From Promethearchaeota archaeon (GTDB lineage: Archaea > Asgardarchaeota > Lokiarchaeia > Sigyniarchaeales > SOKP01), in the NCBI GenBank assembly GCA_016839585.1, contig JAEOTZ010000071.1, positions 1-64,000 of the forward strand: a stretch of 64,000 nt of DNA, written 5' to 3'. Position numbers and translations under genes: made by a program. The notes beneath the pieces are model-generated. The model saw only the letters and a program-made list of their open reading frames with translations. It was not told where the DNA came from and did not search any database. This document shows, piece after piece, positions 10,916 to 21,679 of this stretch (position 1 is the first letter of the stretch; every line of letters starts with the position of its first letter).

Positions 10916-11500
10916 TTATATTTTTATTTTCCACCCTTCTTTCTGTGTGAATTGTATTTTATCATCTTTATCCATTTGATTAATTAGAAGAGAAATCATT
11001 TTCTCAGAGACAGTTATTTTTTCATCAACTGCTCTCTCTAAAACTCTATCAATTAATACTTTTAATGATTTCACTGATTTCTCCTTATAAAGAATCATAA
11101 AGATTGTTTTTTCCACATATTCTCTTATTTTCACTGGAATGGTTAAAGCTTCTTTTTTTTTTGGCATAGGAGGTGCCTTAATTATTTCATCTTTAGGCTT
11201 TTCATACTCAACAACAATTGTTTTTACTCCTACCTTTTTTGTGCTCTTTTGTACGTCATCAAATTTTATAGCTGCTTTCTCTTTTCTAATATCTTTAAAT
11301 TCTTTTTCTTCTTTTTCTGCAATCTCAATTTTATCATTAGGTTTAGTTGTACTAATAGATTCTACAGTCGAGATTCCTTCTTTTTTCATTTGTTTTTCTT
11401 TTTTGCTTTTCCTTTTTCTTACAAAACTAACTATAACTATATTGATAATAAGATAAATATCAATTAAAACTAGATTTGGAAGTTGTAGAAAGATTGGCAC
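10916..11500 (-). CDS. Hypothetical protein with a Lys/Glu-rich linker and a probable C-terminal winged helix (true start may be ATG at 11389)
   Basis: C-terminus ...SEKMISLLINQMDKDDKIQFTQKEGWKIKI has a helix plus beta-hairpin pattern. Confidence 0.6.
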   Translation of the reverse strand: MPIFLQLPNLVLIDIYLIINIVIVSFVRKRKSKKEKQMKKEGISTVESISTTKPNDKIEIAEKEEKEFKDIRKEKAAIKFDDVQKSTKKVGVKTIVVEYEKPKDEIIKAPPMPKKKEALTIPVKIREYVEKTIFMILYKEKSVKSLKVLIDRVLERAVDEKITVSEKMISLLINQMDKDDKIQFTQKEGWKIKI

Positions 11501-11749
11501 TTCACCTTATTATAATTTTAAAAATAAAATTTTGTCTCATGTTGGATATATAATGAAGATATTTCAAGATATAATATTACTACTTCTTTTAAGTAATTGC
11601 TCCAATTTAATTATATATATATAAAATAAAGAATTTCATCCTAATTAAAATTTAGAATACAAGTATAAGATTGAGATTAATCAAACAAGTTAAGACTATT
11701 CCAAGATTAAGATTTTAAAATAAAAAGAAAAAAATAGTAAAAAAAATTT

Positions 11750-14700
11750 TTATATTAATTTTTCATATTCCTTAGATTTATTTGATAATCTTTTAACTTC
11801 CTTTGTCATTTCAGTCACGCCTAATTTAAAGATTTCAGATGCTATTCTTGAAGCCATTCTAAATTTTTGAGTAGCTTCAGAGTAATGTTCTTCTTTAGCT
11901 GCTAATTTTGCTCCCTTCTCTAGTTCCTTTAGTTTTGCTTTAAAATCTACAATTTTTGTCCTGCGGATAAGGTCTTCTAATTCTTCAAATTCTTTATGTA
12001 TTTCCCAATTTGTAGCTATCATTAGAGCATTTTGATAAATCGTAATAACCTTATCATAATCCTTCTCTTTCCTTGCTAAAGCAGCATTCTTCTTCAAGTT
12101 TTTAATCTCTTTTTTAGCTGATTTTAGATTTTCTATTTTTACTACACCCACTTTCATAGGTGTTGATACAATTACCTGGCGTTCCGCTATACTGACAAAG
12201 TAAGCTTCTCTTTCAGCAGGACCCATTTGAGCTAAATCATTAACAAGTTTTTGTTTCTCTTCTGGAGATAAGCCAACTAATCCCGCTACTTTTTGGCTAA
12301 TAAGATTTAATTCTTGTTGGGAAATAGGTTGGGCTTCAATAATGGAGATCTCTATTGGCATTAAGATTTTTTTGTCTCTTAATTCTTTAATACCACTAAA
12401 AATTTCAGCAGTATCTTTCTTAGTTCTTTCTGTAGCTTCTTTCAAAAGAGTCGCTATAAAAAAGAAATCTCTTTCTGCTTCTTCGCAGCAACTGTGAGCA
12501 ATTTTTAAAACATCCTTGGAATGGGGTGTTTTAAGAGTTTTTACATCCGAAAAATCATATGTAATCTTATGAGGTAAAATTATTGAAGTATTAAAGATCT
12601 CATCAACAGTTACTCCAGCATTTCTGAAAACATTTAATTGCCCTCTCCAATTTGGAAGCTCACTTTCGTAAGTTTTTCCAAAAGCTGCAATAAATTCGGT
12701 TAGATGTTTACGTAAGATTATTGATGCTTTCTTACTTAACACTAAGGCAACTCTAATATACTCTCCATCAGCTAATAACAACATCTTATCGCCATAAGTT
12801 ATCTCATTTAACGCTTTCTGAGCCACCATTTCTTTCCCGAATGAAGATACTGCAGAAATGAAACCACTGATTAACTCAGGGTCAATCGCCTCTGAACCAA
12901 AAGATTTGAAGAAAACACATGTTCCTGTTCCCTTGTATAAAACTAAAATGTGTTCTAAATTAATTGCATCATCAAATATCGTCCTGACTTCAGTTAAAGC
13001 CCTTTTCTTTTCACGTTTTTTAGGAACAACAAGTCCCCTATAAATAGCAACTGAACCAGCTCCCACTGCTGCGACTGCTCCAATAATAATTATATATGGC
13101 ATGAAATCCTCAAAGGTCGGACCCCCTGAAAGAGGAATAACTTCAATATCTGAGATTAAGAGTGTATCACCTACGTGATTGTATGCTGGTTGAATTTGTA
13201 CTGAAAGATTCATATTTTTTGCTGCCCCAATTACCGTAATTTCAAACTCAGCTTCACCAGTAGCATTTGTAGCAACTGGTGAAGTTGCTGTTCCAAGTAC
13301 TCCATTAAAATATGGTGTTATTACCATATTTTCCCCTACTAGCAGCAACCAATCGGTACCATTATTGTATTCTGCTTTAAGGACAATAATAAATTGTTCT
13401 CCCGCTTTTACACTAACTGGTTTATAAACGACCGAAATATTTACTATATATTTTGCCTTTAAAGTCAGGTTGAAACTTAAAATTGACTTCTCATAATTAT
13501 TTAAAGAGATAGATACATTTATTGTATAAGTTCCTAAGCTCGCTAATTCTGATGTGAATATATATCCCTTAAAAGATTTTGTATTTAAATCATAACTTAA
13601 AGTTTCAGTTAAAGAACCTTCATTTGATGTATTTGTCAGTTCAAGGTAATCTACTTCATAAGAATCACCCAAAACATCAACTAATTCATCACCATAATCA
13701 TCATCAGTTATTGTAAAATTAAGATATAAATCTCGTTCTATGAAACATAAATAATTATTATCTCCAGTAGGTGTAAGAGGTCCATCTCCTCCGGGGTCAG
13801 ATACAGAATCTATGTGAGTTTGTGTAAGATTTCCTCTGAGATAGAAATCTATAGTCTCTATACTTGTATTATAATTTGGATCAAATGTAACATTTATTTC
13901 AAATTGAATCCAACCAGAATCTAGTCCAGCAGTACTTACATTTAATAGATATTGACCAGGAGTCGCTGTAGAATATAACCATCTAGACTGGGTACCTCCA
14001 GTTTGATTTTCTCTTACAGTTACATAATTAACTGTTAACCCTATTATCGCTTGATCGTTATCTGTATCATTGAAATAAAATAGTATAGATTGATTGAGTT
14101 TGTCTTTTCTGATAAGTGTATTGTTATAAGATATAAGTTGAATATCAGTTTGTGTAGAAATTACTCTTAGAGTTAATGATATATTCTGGGTTTGCTTTCC
14201 CACAGCAGTAATATTAAATATACATGTATAAGGGGTATCAGATGCTATTACTCCACTAGTATCTAATTCAATCGTGTAATTTCCGGGAGTACCTCCCACT
14301 GGATTAGTACTATATATGAACTCTGGTGCTAAAGATACCTCTTCTATAGTTGCTCCTGTAACGGGATTTGTATCAACATCTGAATAATAAAATGTGTATG
14401 AGACATTATAACCTCTTAATACATCGCCAAAATCTTTAGTTGGCGATGGCGAAATTGTTGTATTTTGGCGTAAATGAAATGAAAATGTGGTATTAGCAGC
14501 ATTATGGTATGTTTTTGAAGCCTCTATTTCAATGTAATTCCAACCAAAACTAAATTTACTTGTATTTACCTCAAGAGAATAGAATCCACTTCCCTCTTCA
14601 ATCCCTGTTAATAAAGTACTATTTGTAGCAATATCAGCACCAATTATTCCCATATCACCTTTATTATAACCTGTATCATTATAAAATACGCTTATATTAA

Positions 14701-16450
14701 ATAATTCATTAGTAAAGCGTTCTTGCCCAATTGGAGGAGATTCTAAAACTAATTCAGTAACTGCCCTAATAGTTAAGTCTTTTTCTAAAAATCCAGCAGC
14801 AGTATCATTATTCCAAAATACTTGAACCTTGTAAGGTCCATAAACATTTTCTGCAGTATCTGAAATTTTCCAGCTATCTAATGGAATTTCATTATTTGCT
14901 ACTAATGAGTTATTAAAATAGGTATGATTTTCATAATAACCTGGTGCTGGGCTATATACACTCAAATTAATGGAACCATCTCCGATAATCTCAGAAAAGC
15001 TTGCCTGAAATGTAACAGTATCAGTAAAGTTAACTACTTCCCATTCAACCGCATTAACATAAGTACGTATCGTTTGGAGTAAATTATAGGATTGAGCTGT
15101 TATATACCAGTTTATTCCATTTCCAGCACCTCTTATTTGAAGATCTCTATATTTATTACTTATTGGACCTAAAGAGATATCTGAAGTTTTATCTATCAAA
15201 CCATCTGTTGCGGTAAAATTTTCCCATGTACTAGGTACTGTGAAATTAATTATATAATCATTAAATCTCGCATCAAAATCATTTATCGCTCCAAGAGTAG
15301 AATTCCAATTAATTGATTGACTACTCCCAGGTACTTCGAAGATAGATGATGCTTCTAAATCAGTTTTTGTATAATTAATTTGAACTTTAGCTATACGACA
15401 GGTGGCATTCCACCAATCGGCAGAAACAGTATATTGCAATTCACCTGAACCACTACTATTTACATCCAAAGATTCCCAATATCCGATACCATTACTGACA
15501 TCAATAACAGCATTATCATTTATTTTTAAATTAAGATCGGAAGGTTTAGGATTTTCATTAACTGGGTTTAAATCACATTTTAAATTGAGATCAGCTCCAT
15601 TTCCTAAAGGATCAAAAAAGTTCCAATTTATACCAACTGCGTAAAAACAATCAATATCATCAGATCCATCAACACCACCAACATCATAATCGTAATACCA
15701 CTGAGTATTATCTGCAACATCAATTAAAGCCACAAAAAAAGTCTTATTTTCTGTTTGAGACACATTTAAAAATTCATTTAGATTTGAAAATTTATACCAT
15801 TCACTGACATTTCCAATCGACACTCCAGAAACTAAAGTAGTTAATAGACTATCTGGTTCACTATACTGTTGTCCAGAGTTCCATTTCGAGCTATAAAGTT
15901 GTAATGAAACGGATCCACTATTCCCATCATCATCATTATAGATTTTTACTGTAACATTTTCTAAATAGCAACTTGCAGTAACATTAAATGAGGCCCCATA
16001 TTTGTTAACAGAAATATCAGCTCCATTATTTCCATCATCCTCGTATATAATAGACATATTTGGAGCAAATATATCCTCAATATCAAACCTAGTATAGCTT
16101 GAATTAAATGTAATATCAGTTGGACAAGGTATATAGAAAGAATTGTTATTCGAATCTGAAGGATTTAATATGGTATTAAATGAATTATTTAAATAAGATT
16201 GATGTAACTTAATATCCAAATTTCCTCCAGAACCATTAAAAGAATTCTGATAATCAGAAGTCATAAGATTGTCCATTTGAAAATCAAATGATTCAAAATC
16301 CTCATTATCATCTTCTCCAAATAAATTATTATTTTCAATAAAATTCCAATGAATCCAATTGACATTAAGAATTATTGTACCAAGCAATAAAAGAAAAATA
16401 GAAGTTGCTTTTATCCTCTTTTTGATTTTTACCCTATTCATAGAAATCAA
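11750..16450 (-). CDS. Large single-pass membrane protein: signal peptide, about 1100-aa Asn/Ser/Thr-rich ectodomain, TM helix, cytoplasmic longin-like domain, winged-helix-like segment and helical repeats
   Basis: N-terminal hydrophobic stretch; many N-x-S/T sequons; TM PYIIIIGAVAAVGAGSVAIY followed by KKREKKR; LEHILVLYKGTGTCVFFKSF...DPELISGFISAVSSFGKEM longin-like pattern. Confidence 0.8.
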   Translation of the reverse strand: MISMNRVKIKKRIKATSIFLLLLGTIILNVNWIHWNFIENNNLFGEDDNEDFESFDFQMDNLMTSDYQNSFNGSGGNLDIKLHQSYLNNSFNTILNPSDSNNNSFYIPCPTDITFNSSYTRFDIEDIFAPNMSIIYEDDGNNGADISVNKYGASFNVTASCYLENVTVKIYNDDDGNSGSVSLQLYSSKWNSGQQYSEPDSLLTTLVSGVSIGNVSEWYKFSNLNEFLNVSQTENKTFFVALIDVADNTQWYYDYDVGGVDGSDDIDCFYAVGINWNFFDPLGNGADLNLKCDLNPVNENPKPSDLNLKINDNAVIDVSNGIGYWESLDVNSSGSGELQYTVSADWWNATCRIAKVQINYTKTDLEASSIFEVPGSSQSINWNSTLGAINDFDARFNDYIINFTVPSTWENFTATDGLIDKTSDISLGPISNKYRDLQIRGAGNGINWYITAQSYNLLQTIRTYVNAVEWEVVNFTDTVTFQASFSEIIGDGSINLSVYSPAPGYYENHTYFNNSLVANNEIPLDSWKISDTAENVYGPYKVQVFWNNDTAAGFLEKDLTIRAVTELVLESPPIGQERFTNELFNISVFYNDTGYNKGDMGIIGADIATNSTLLTGIEEGSGFYSLEVNTSKFSFGWNYIEIEASKTYHNAANTTFSFHLRQNTTISPSPTKDFGDVLRGYNVSYTFYYSDVDTNPVTGATIEEVSLAPEFIYSTNPVGGTPGNYTIELDTSGVIASDTPYTCIFNITAVGKQTQNISLTLRVISTQTDIQLISYNNTLIRKDKLNQSILFYFNDTDNDQAIIGLTVNYVTVRENQTGGTQSRWLYSTATPGQYLLNVSTAGLDSGWIQFEINVTFDPNYNTSIETIDFYLRGNLTQTHIDSVSDPGGDGPLTPTGDNNYLCFIERDLYLNFTITDDDYGDELVDVLGDSYEVDYLELTNTSNEGSLTETLSYDLNTKSFKGYIFTSELASLGTYTINVSISLNNYEKSILSFNLTLKAKYIVNISVVYKPVSVKAGEQFIIVLKAEYNNGTDWLLLVGENMVITPYFNGVLGTATSPVATNATGEAEFEITVIGAAKNMNLSVQIQPAYNHVGDTLLISDIEVIPLSGGPTFEDFMPYIIIIGAVAAVGAGSVAIYRGLVVPKKREKKRALTEVRTIFDDAINLEHILVLYKGTGTCVFFKSFGSEAIDPELISGFISAVSSFGKEMVAQKALNEITYGDKMLLLADGEYIRVALVLSKKASIILRKHLTEFIAAFGKTYESELPNWRGQLNVFRNAGVTVDEIFNTSIILPHKITYDFSDVKTLKTPHSKDVLKIAHSCCEEAERDFFFIATLLKEATERTKKDTAEIFSGIKELRDKKILMPIEISIIEAQPISQQELNLISQKVAGLVGLSPEEKQKLVNDLAQMGPAEREAYFVSIAERQVIVSTPMKVGVVKIENLKSAKKEIKNLKKNAALARKEKDYDKVITIYQNALMIATNWEIHKEFEELEDLIRRTKIVDFKAKLKELEKGAKLAAKEEHYSEATQKFRMASRIASEIFKLGVTEMTKEVKRLSNKSKEYEKLI

Positions 16451-16725
16451 ATAGTTATTATTTATTTTTAATTAATAAAATCGAATTTCCTAATTTGATA
16501 ATTAACTTTTATCGTATTAAATTAATTATTTTTTTTTGAATATTAATTTTGTAATTAATCAATTCATAATAATATCTTAATTTATACTTTTTCAAAACAG
16601 TCAGTATTCTTTCAAATTTATTTGTAAAAATAGAAATATAACTCTTTTAAAAATTTATAAAAAATGAAAATTAGGAACTAAATGGCGTAATTTCAAGAAA
16701 GGGATTTAGATATAAAATTATAATT

Positions 16726-17412
16726 TTATTTTTTCTTTAAAATAATCCTTGCATCAACACAAATTAGACCCTTTTCATAGATAAACACAGGATTCAAATC
16801 CATTTCGTTAATTTCTTCGTGTTTAATAACGAAATCTGAGACTTTTAATAAAACATTAACTATAGCATCTATGTCTGCTTTAGGTTTTCCACGGTATCCA
16901 TCTAGGATGGGAAAGCCCTTAATTTCATGAATCATTTCTTTTGCGTCATATTCTGTAATCGGTGCGATTCTAAAACTGACATCTTCTAAGAGTTCTACAA
17001 GTATACCTCCAATACCGAACATTAAAGCTGGACCAAATTGTGCATCAGTTGTCATTCCAATAATCAATTCGGTTATTGGTTCATCTGCCATTTTTTGAAC
17101 TGAAATTTTTTTTTCTTTCTGAGATGGTAAATTCATTAGATCTTTATAAGCTGCTTCTAATTCATGTTTATCCTTGATGTTTAACTTTACAGCTCCAGTA
17201 TCAGATTTATGTACAATATCTTCAGCGATAAGTTTTAAAACCAAAGGGAAACCAATTTCTTCAGCAGCAGATATAGTCTCATCTATCGAAGTTGTTAATC
17301 TTTGGGAAGGAATTGATATGCCAATTTCTTGTAATAATTCCTTAGATTCAAATTCAGTTAGAACTGTCTGATTAGATTCAATTTTATTACTCAAAACTTC
17401 AGAAATATTCAT
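16726..17412 (-). CDS. Acetate-CoA ligase (ADP-forming) beta subunit, ATP-grasp
   Basis: LTEFESKELL, HKSDTGAV, FGPALMFGIGG, GYRG, EMDLNP, VDAR. Confidence 0.92.
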   Translation of the reverse strand: MNISEVLSNKIESNQTVLTEFESKELLQEIGISIPSQRLTTSIDETISAAEEIGFPLVLKLIAEDIVHKSDTGAVKLNIKDKHELEAAYKDLMNLPSQKEKKISVQKMADEPITELIIGMTTDAQFGPALMFGIGGILVELLEDVSFRIAPITEYDAKEMIHEIKGFPILDGYRGKPKADIDAIVNVLLKVSDFVIKHEEINEMDLNPVFIYEKGLICVDARIILKKK

Positions 17413-17488
17413 TATGATATTCTCTTTAATAATTTAGAACTTAAACCTTATAATGATTTAATAGAATTATAATAAAGATTTAAAATTA

Positions 17489-18664
17489 ATGAATACACTA
17501 TTATTAAAACAAAAATCAAAATTAAAAACAAAAATATTTACCTTAATAAAGATAGATATGACCGGTGAAAAAGAAAGAAATATTTCGGTTTTATTGAAAA
17601 ATCTCATAGATTCTCATCAGGATTTAGAAATAGCTTTTCTTTACTCAAGAGAAGGTCTTTTGATTTCTAAATATGGGAGGTTGGAGGATCAAGGAGAATC
17701 TGAGACAGAAAATGAACTAGAAGTGATCTATGGAGCAATTACTACCATAGCAGAGAATTTATTAAATAGAATTAGTAATGAATATAAGATAGGACATTTT
17801 GGGAGTGGATCTTTTGAAACTCCTGACCATAGGATAATTTTTCTTGAAGCTGGTTCTCAAGCAATATTAATTTTATTTTGTAATTATGAAATAAACTTAA
17901 ATAAGCTTTTTCCAGTTGCTTACCTTGTAGCTGAAAAAATAGCACAATTATTAGAAGAAAGTTTTGATTTCAAATATAATTCCTTAGATATTCCAGAATT
18001 AAGTTTTCATGAAAATTTTTCCTTAAAATTAGATCAGTATCGTTCTGCAGATGAAATACAGCCTGTAATTGAAAATGTTTCCATGGAATATCATATAAAG
18101 AAATCTAAAGACAAAAAGAATGCATTTAAATTGATAATATTAGGCTCTGCTGCTGTTGGAAAAACTACATTAGTAAGAAGCTTTTTGAAAAAGGAACAAA
18201 CCCAAGATTACCGAGCTACGATTGGAATTGCGATTAGCTCAAAAAAGTTTTATATTCAAGGTTTTAAGGACGAAAAAATCAACTTTCTTATCTATGATTT
18301 GGCTGGTCAAGAATTTTTCAAACGAATTCGGCATGAATATTATAAAGGAGCAAACTGTGCTTTTATTGTTTATGATATTAAACGAAGAGAAACTTTTGAC
18401 GAAGGAATTGATTATTGGTTTAAGGATGCTAGAGAGGAATTAGGAAATATACCATTTGTTTTAATAGGTAATAAAGTTGACTTAGAAAACCAAAGACAAG
18501 TATCAAAAGAAGAAGGATTGAAAAAAGCGGCAGAATTGAAAAGCTTTTTTATCGAGACTTCAGCATTACACAATATTAATGTTCAAGATACGTTTAAACT
18601 CATCGGAATTGGCTTATTTTTCAAATCTGAAGATGAATTAACAAGTACAGATGAAATTTTTTAA
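17489..18664 (+). CDS. Roadblock/MglB-like domain fused to a Rab-like small GTPase (start may be ATG at 17558)
   Basis: N-terminal AFLYSREGLLIS roadblock-like strand; G1 GSAAVGKTT, G2 YRATIG, G3 DLAGQE, G4 NKVD, G5 ETSA. Confidence 0.88.
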   Translation: MNTLLLKQKSKLKTKIFTLIKIDMTGEKERNISVLLKNLIDSHQDLEIAFLYSREGLLISKYGRLEDQGESETENELEVIYGAITTIAENLLNRISNEYKIGHFGSGSFETPDHRIIFLEAGSQAILILFCNYEINLNKLFPVAYLVAEKIAQLLEESFDFKYNSLDIPELSFHENFSLKLDQYRSADEIQPVIENVSMEYHIKKSKDKKNAFKLIILGSAAVGKTTLVRSFLKKEQTQDYRATIGIAISSKKFYIQGFKDEKINFLIYDLAGQEFFKRIRHEYYKGANCAFIVYDIKRRETFDEGIDYWFKDAREELGNIPFVLIGNKVDLENQRQVSKEEGLKKAAELKSFFIETSALHNINVQDTFKLIGIGLFFKSEDELTSTDEIF

Positions 18665-18705
18665 TAATAAATATGAAAAAATAGATAAAATAAAAAGAAA
18701 ATAAT

Positions 18706-21540
18706 TTATTTCCGTATCTTGAATCCTCTTTTCTTTCTAATATTCCACTTTCTTACTTCATCCATTACAGATACGCTGAAAGCTCCAAGAAAAAGAGTAA
18801 TCCAATAATAAGGGTGAAACAGTGGAATAACATGAAATGCTAATCCTAATGGTGTAAAAAGAATTAATAATTGGAGCCCAAGAGATAAACCTGTAGCCCA
18901 GAATAGATGTTTATTTGGAAAGAGATAAAATGGCTTTATATTGGAAGTACACGTATAAACAAACAATAATTCACATATAACTAAATTCGTAAACACAATA
19001 GATTGTGCTAATGACATCGCATATAAATTTGCATCAGTACCCGCAGTTACAAAATCAGTTGTTAATTTCGGATCAATTCCCGCTTCCGCCCATGCTGGGA
19101 TTAATACAGACCATAGAAGTAAATAGAGTGTTATATCAGTTATCGAAGTATATATTCCAAGGAGTAAAACAGGCCCCTTTATCTCTGGAAGCAAAGTAAA
19201 CCCTTTTCGTGGTTTATCTTTCATTACATCAGGATCTGTTGGAGTGAGACCTAGAACCATAGCAGGAATTCCATCTGTGGCTATATTAAGCCAGAGAATC
19301 TGAATTGGAGCAACAGGAAGTGCAAGAAATACAGTTGAGAAAAGTTTCATAACGATATAAGCTGAAAGAATTAAAAATATTTCATCAAAGTTAGTGCTTA
19401 GCATATATCTGAAGAAACCTTTAGTAGTTTCGAAGATACCTCTGCCTTCCTCTATAGCATTAACGATCGTAGCATAATTATCATCAATTAATATCATTTC
19501 AGAAGCTTCTCGAGTCACTTCAGTTCCTTTGAGCCCCATTGCTACGCCTACATGTGCTCCTTTTACAGCTGGTGCATCATTTACTCCATCTCCTGTCATT
19601 GAGACTATTAAATCTAATTCTTTTAATCTCCTTAAAATTCTTAGCTTATGTTCTGATGTGACTCTCGCAAAAATATCTACTGTTTTAACTCTTTCCCTAA
19701 GCTCATCATCACTCATTTCTTCTAAATCTACTCCTGTAATTGCTTCATCGGATTCAGTTAAACCAATCTCATGAGCAATTGCGATAGCTGTAATTTTATG
19801 ATCTCCTGTAATCATCATTGTTCTTATTCCTGCCATTCTGGCTTCCTCTATAGCATCTTTCACTTCATCTCTCGCCGGATCAATGATACCTGCCAAACCA
19901 AGATATATATAGTCTTTTTCTATTTCATCCTCCTTATACCCCTCATTAAGAGGTTTATAAGCAACCCCTAAGACTCTTAAAGCATTTTTTGCAAATTCTT
20001 CATTTTTGTTGAGAATTATATCTTTTACTTCGTTGATTGGTTTTACTTGATTATCATGAACAGCATGACTAGCATTGATCAACATAATATCTGGAGCTCC
20101 CTTAATTAAGGAATATAATCTGTTATCAATTTTCACTACTACTGACATCATTTTCCTGTCGGAACTAAAAGGTATCTCATCAATCTTCTCTGCTTTAGTG
20201 TCTAACTCCATTTTCATAGCCAACACTTTCATTGAAATTTCGGTTGGATCTCCAACTACATCATTATCATTTGTTCCATCATTTCTCGGTGAAACATTTG
20301 AATTATTACAGAACATACATACTTCTAGATATCTTCTTAAATTATCTTCAATTTGAACCTGTTTACCTTTATCATTAATAATTTTACCCTCAAGTGCATA
20401 ACCTACACCCTCTACGACATATTCCATACCACCTACAAACACTTTTACAACAGTCATTTCATTCTTTGTCAAAGTACCTGTTTTGTCAGAACAAATAACA
20501 TTCACTCTTCCCAATGTTTCTACAGCAGTTAATTTCCTTACTAATGCATTTCTATCTGCCATTTTTCTCATTCCAATACTCATAACTACTGTAATCACAA
20601 CAATAAGCCCTTCGGGAACTGCGGAGACTGCTAAACTTATTGATATTTCAAACGCTTCAACAAGTTCGTCAACATCAAATTCTGTAATTAACAAAATTAT
20701 AAATTCAATAAAAAATACAGCGGCACAGGTTATCAATATGATTATTCCTAACAATTTTCCAAATCTATTTACCTCTTTCTGGAAAGGTGAAAGCTCTATC
20801 TCTTCTTCTTGTAAACTTTCAGCAATTTTCCCTATTTCAGTTTTCATTCCTGTGCCAATTACAATTCCTTCTCCATTTCCTCTAGTAATTATAGTATTCA
20901 TATATCCCAAATTTGTTCTATCTGCTAATATCATTTTTTCTTCTACCGGATTAAGTTGTTTTTTCACTGGTTTTGATTCTCCTGTTAAAATTGCTTCATC
21001 TACAGAGAGAGAAAATTCCTTATAAAGCCTTATATCTGCAGGGAATTTGTCTCCTTCTTCGAATAATACAATATCTCCAGGTACAACATCTTCTACAGCA
21101 ATTTCTAAAACTCTATTTCCTCTCCGTACTTTGGCAAAGTGAGGTGCTAATTTCTTTAAACTCTCAAGAGATCTTTCTGCTTGATATTCCTGATAAAACC
21201 CTAAAATAGCATTAACAATCAAAATTGCAGCAATTACTATCGCATCTGTATATTCTGTTGACCATGACTCTGCTCCAGGTCTACTTGCTTCCCAAGCCCC
21301 TATAATTACTGATATAATTATAGCAAAAATAAGTAGGTAAATAAGAAAGTCTTTAAATTGTCCTATAAATATTTGCAAAGCTGTTTTTCCTTTTTCTTTT
21401 ACTAATTCATTTTTGCCATATATTTCAATTCTTTTTTGAGCCTCTGATTCGATTAAACCATTTTCTATCGAAGTATTAAGTATATTTTCTACATTTTCAA
21501 ATGTCGTTGAATGTGCATGAATTTCTTTTATTTCAACCAT
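18706..21540 (-). CDS. Cation-transporting P-type ATPase (type IIA, Ca2+-ATPase-like)
   Basis: TGES, AVPEGL, CSDKTGTLT, KGAP, MITGD, TGDGVNDAPA, WLNIATDGIPA. Confidence 0.95.
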   Translation of the reverse strand: MVEIKEIHAHSTTFENVENILNTSIENGLIESEAQKRIEIYGKNELVKEKGKTALQIFIGQFKDFLIYLLIFAIIISVIIGAWEASRPGAESWSTEYTDAIVIAAILIVNAILGFYQEYQAERSLESLKKLAPHFAKVRRGNRVLEIAVEDVVPGDIVLFEEGDKFPADIRLYKEFSLSVDEAILTGESKPVKKQLNPVEEKMILADRTNLGYMNTIITRGNGEGIVIGTGMKTEIGKIAESLQEEEIELSPFQKEVNRFGKLLGIIILITCAAVFFIEFIILLITEFDVDELVEAFEISISLAVSAVPEGLIVVITVVMSIGMRKMADRNALVRKLTAVETLGRVNVICSDKTGTLTKNEMTVVKVFVGGMEYVVEGVGYALEGKIINDKGKQVQIEDNLRRYLEVCMFCNNSNVSPRNDGTNDNDVVGDPTEISMKVLAMKMELDTKAEKIDEIPFSSDRKMMSVVVKIDNRLYSLIKGAPDIMLINASHAVHDNQVKPINEVKDIILNKNEEFAKNALRVLGVAYKPLNEGYKEDEIEKDYIYLGLAGIIDPARDEVKDAIEEARMAGIRTMMITGDHKITAIAIAHEIGLTESDEAITGVDLEEMSDDELRERVKTVDIFARVTSEHKLRILRRLKELDLIVSMTGDGVNDAPAVKGAHVGVAMGLKGTEVTREASEMILIDDNYATIVNAIEEGRGIFETTKGFFRYMLSTNFDEIFLILSAYIVMKLFSTVFLALPVAPIQILWLNIATDGIPAMVLGLTPTDPDVMKDKPRKGFTLLPEIKGPVLLLGIYTSITDITLYLLLWSVLIPAWAEAGIDPKLTTDFVTAGTDANLYAMSLAQSIVFTNLVICELLFVYTCTSNIKPFYLFPNKHLFWATGLSLGLQLLILFTPLGLAFHVIPLFHPYYWITLFLGAFSVSVMDEVRKWNIRKKRGFKIRK

Positions 21541-21679
21541 GATAACCTCAATTTTTTTTGTTTAGATTTTTATAAAAAATATAATCATAAATTATAATCT
21601 AAATATTGGAATTATTAAATTTAAATTCATTTATAGATATTAGCAAATTAGAATCATAAATAAATAAATTTGGTGATTT

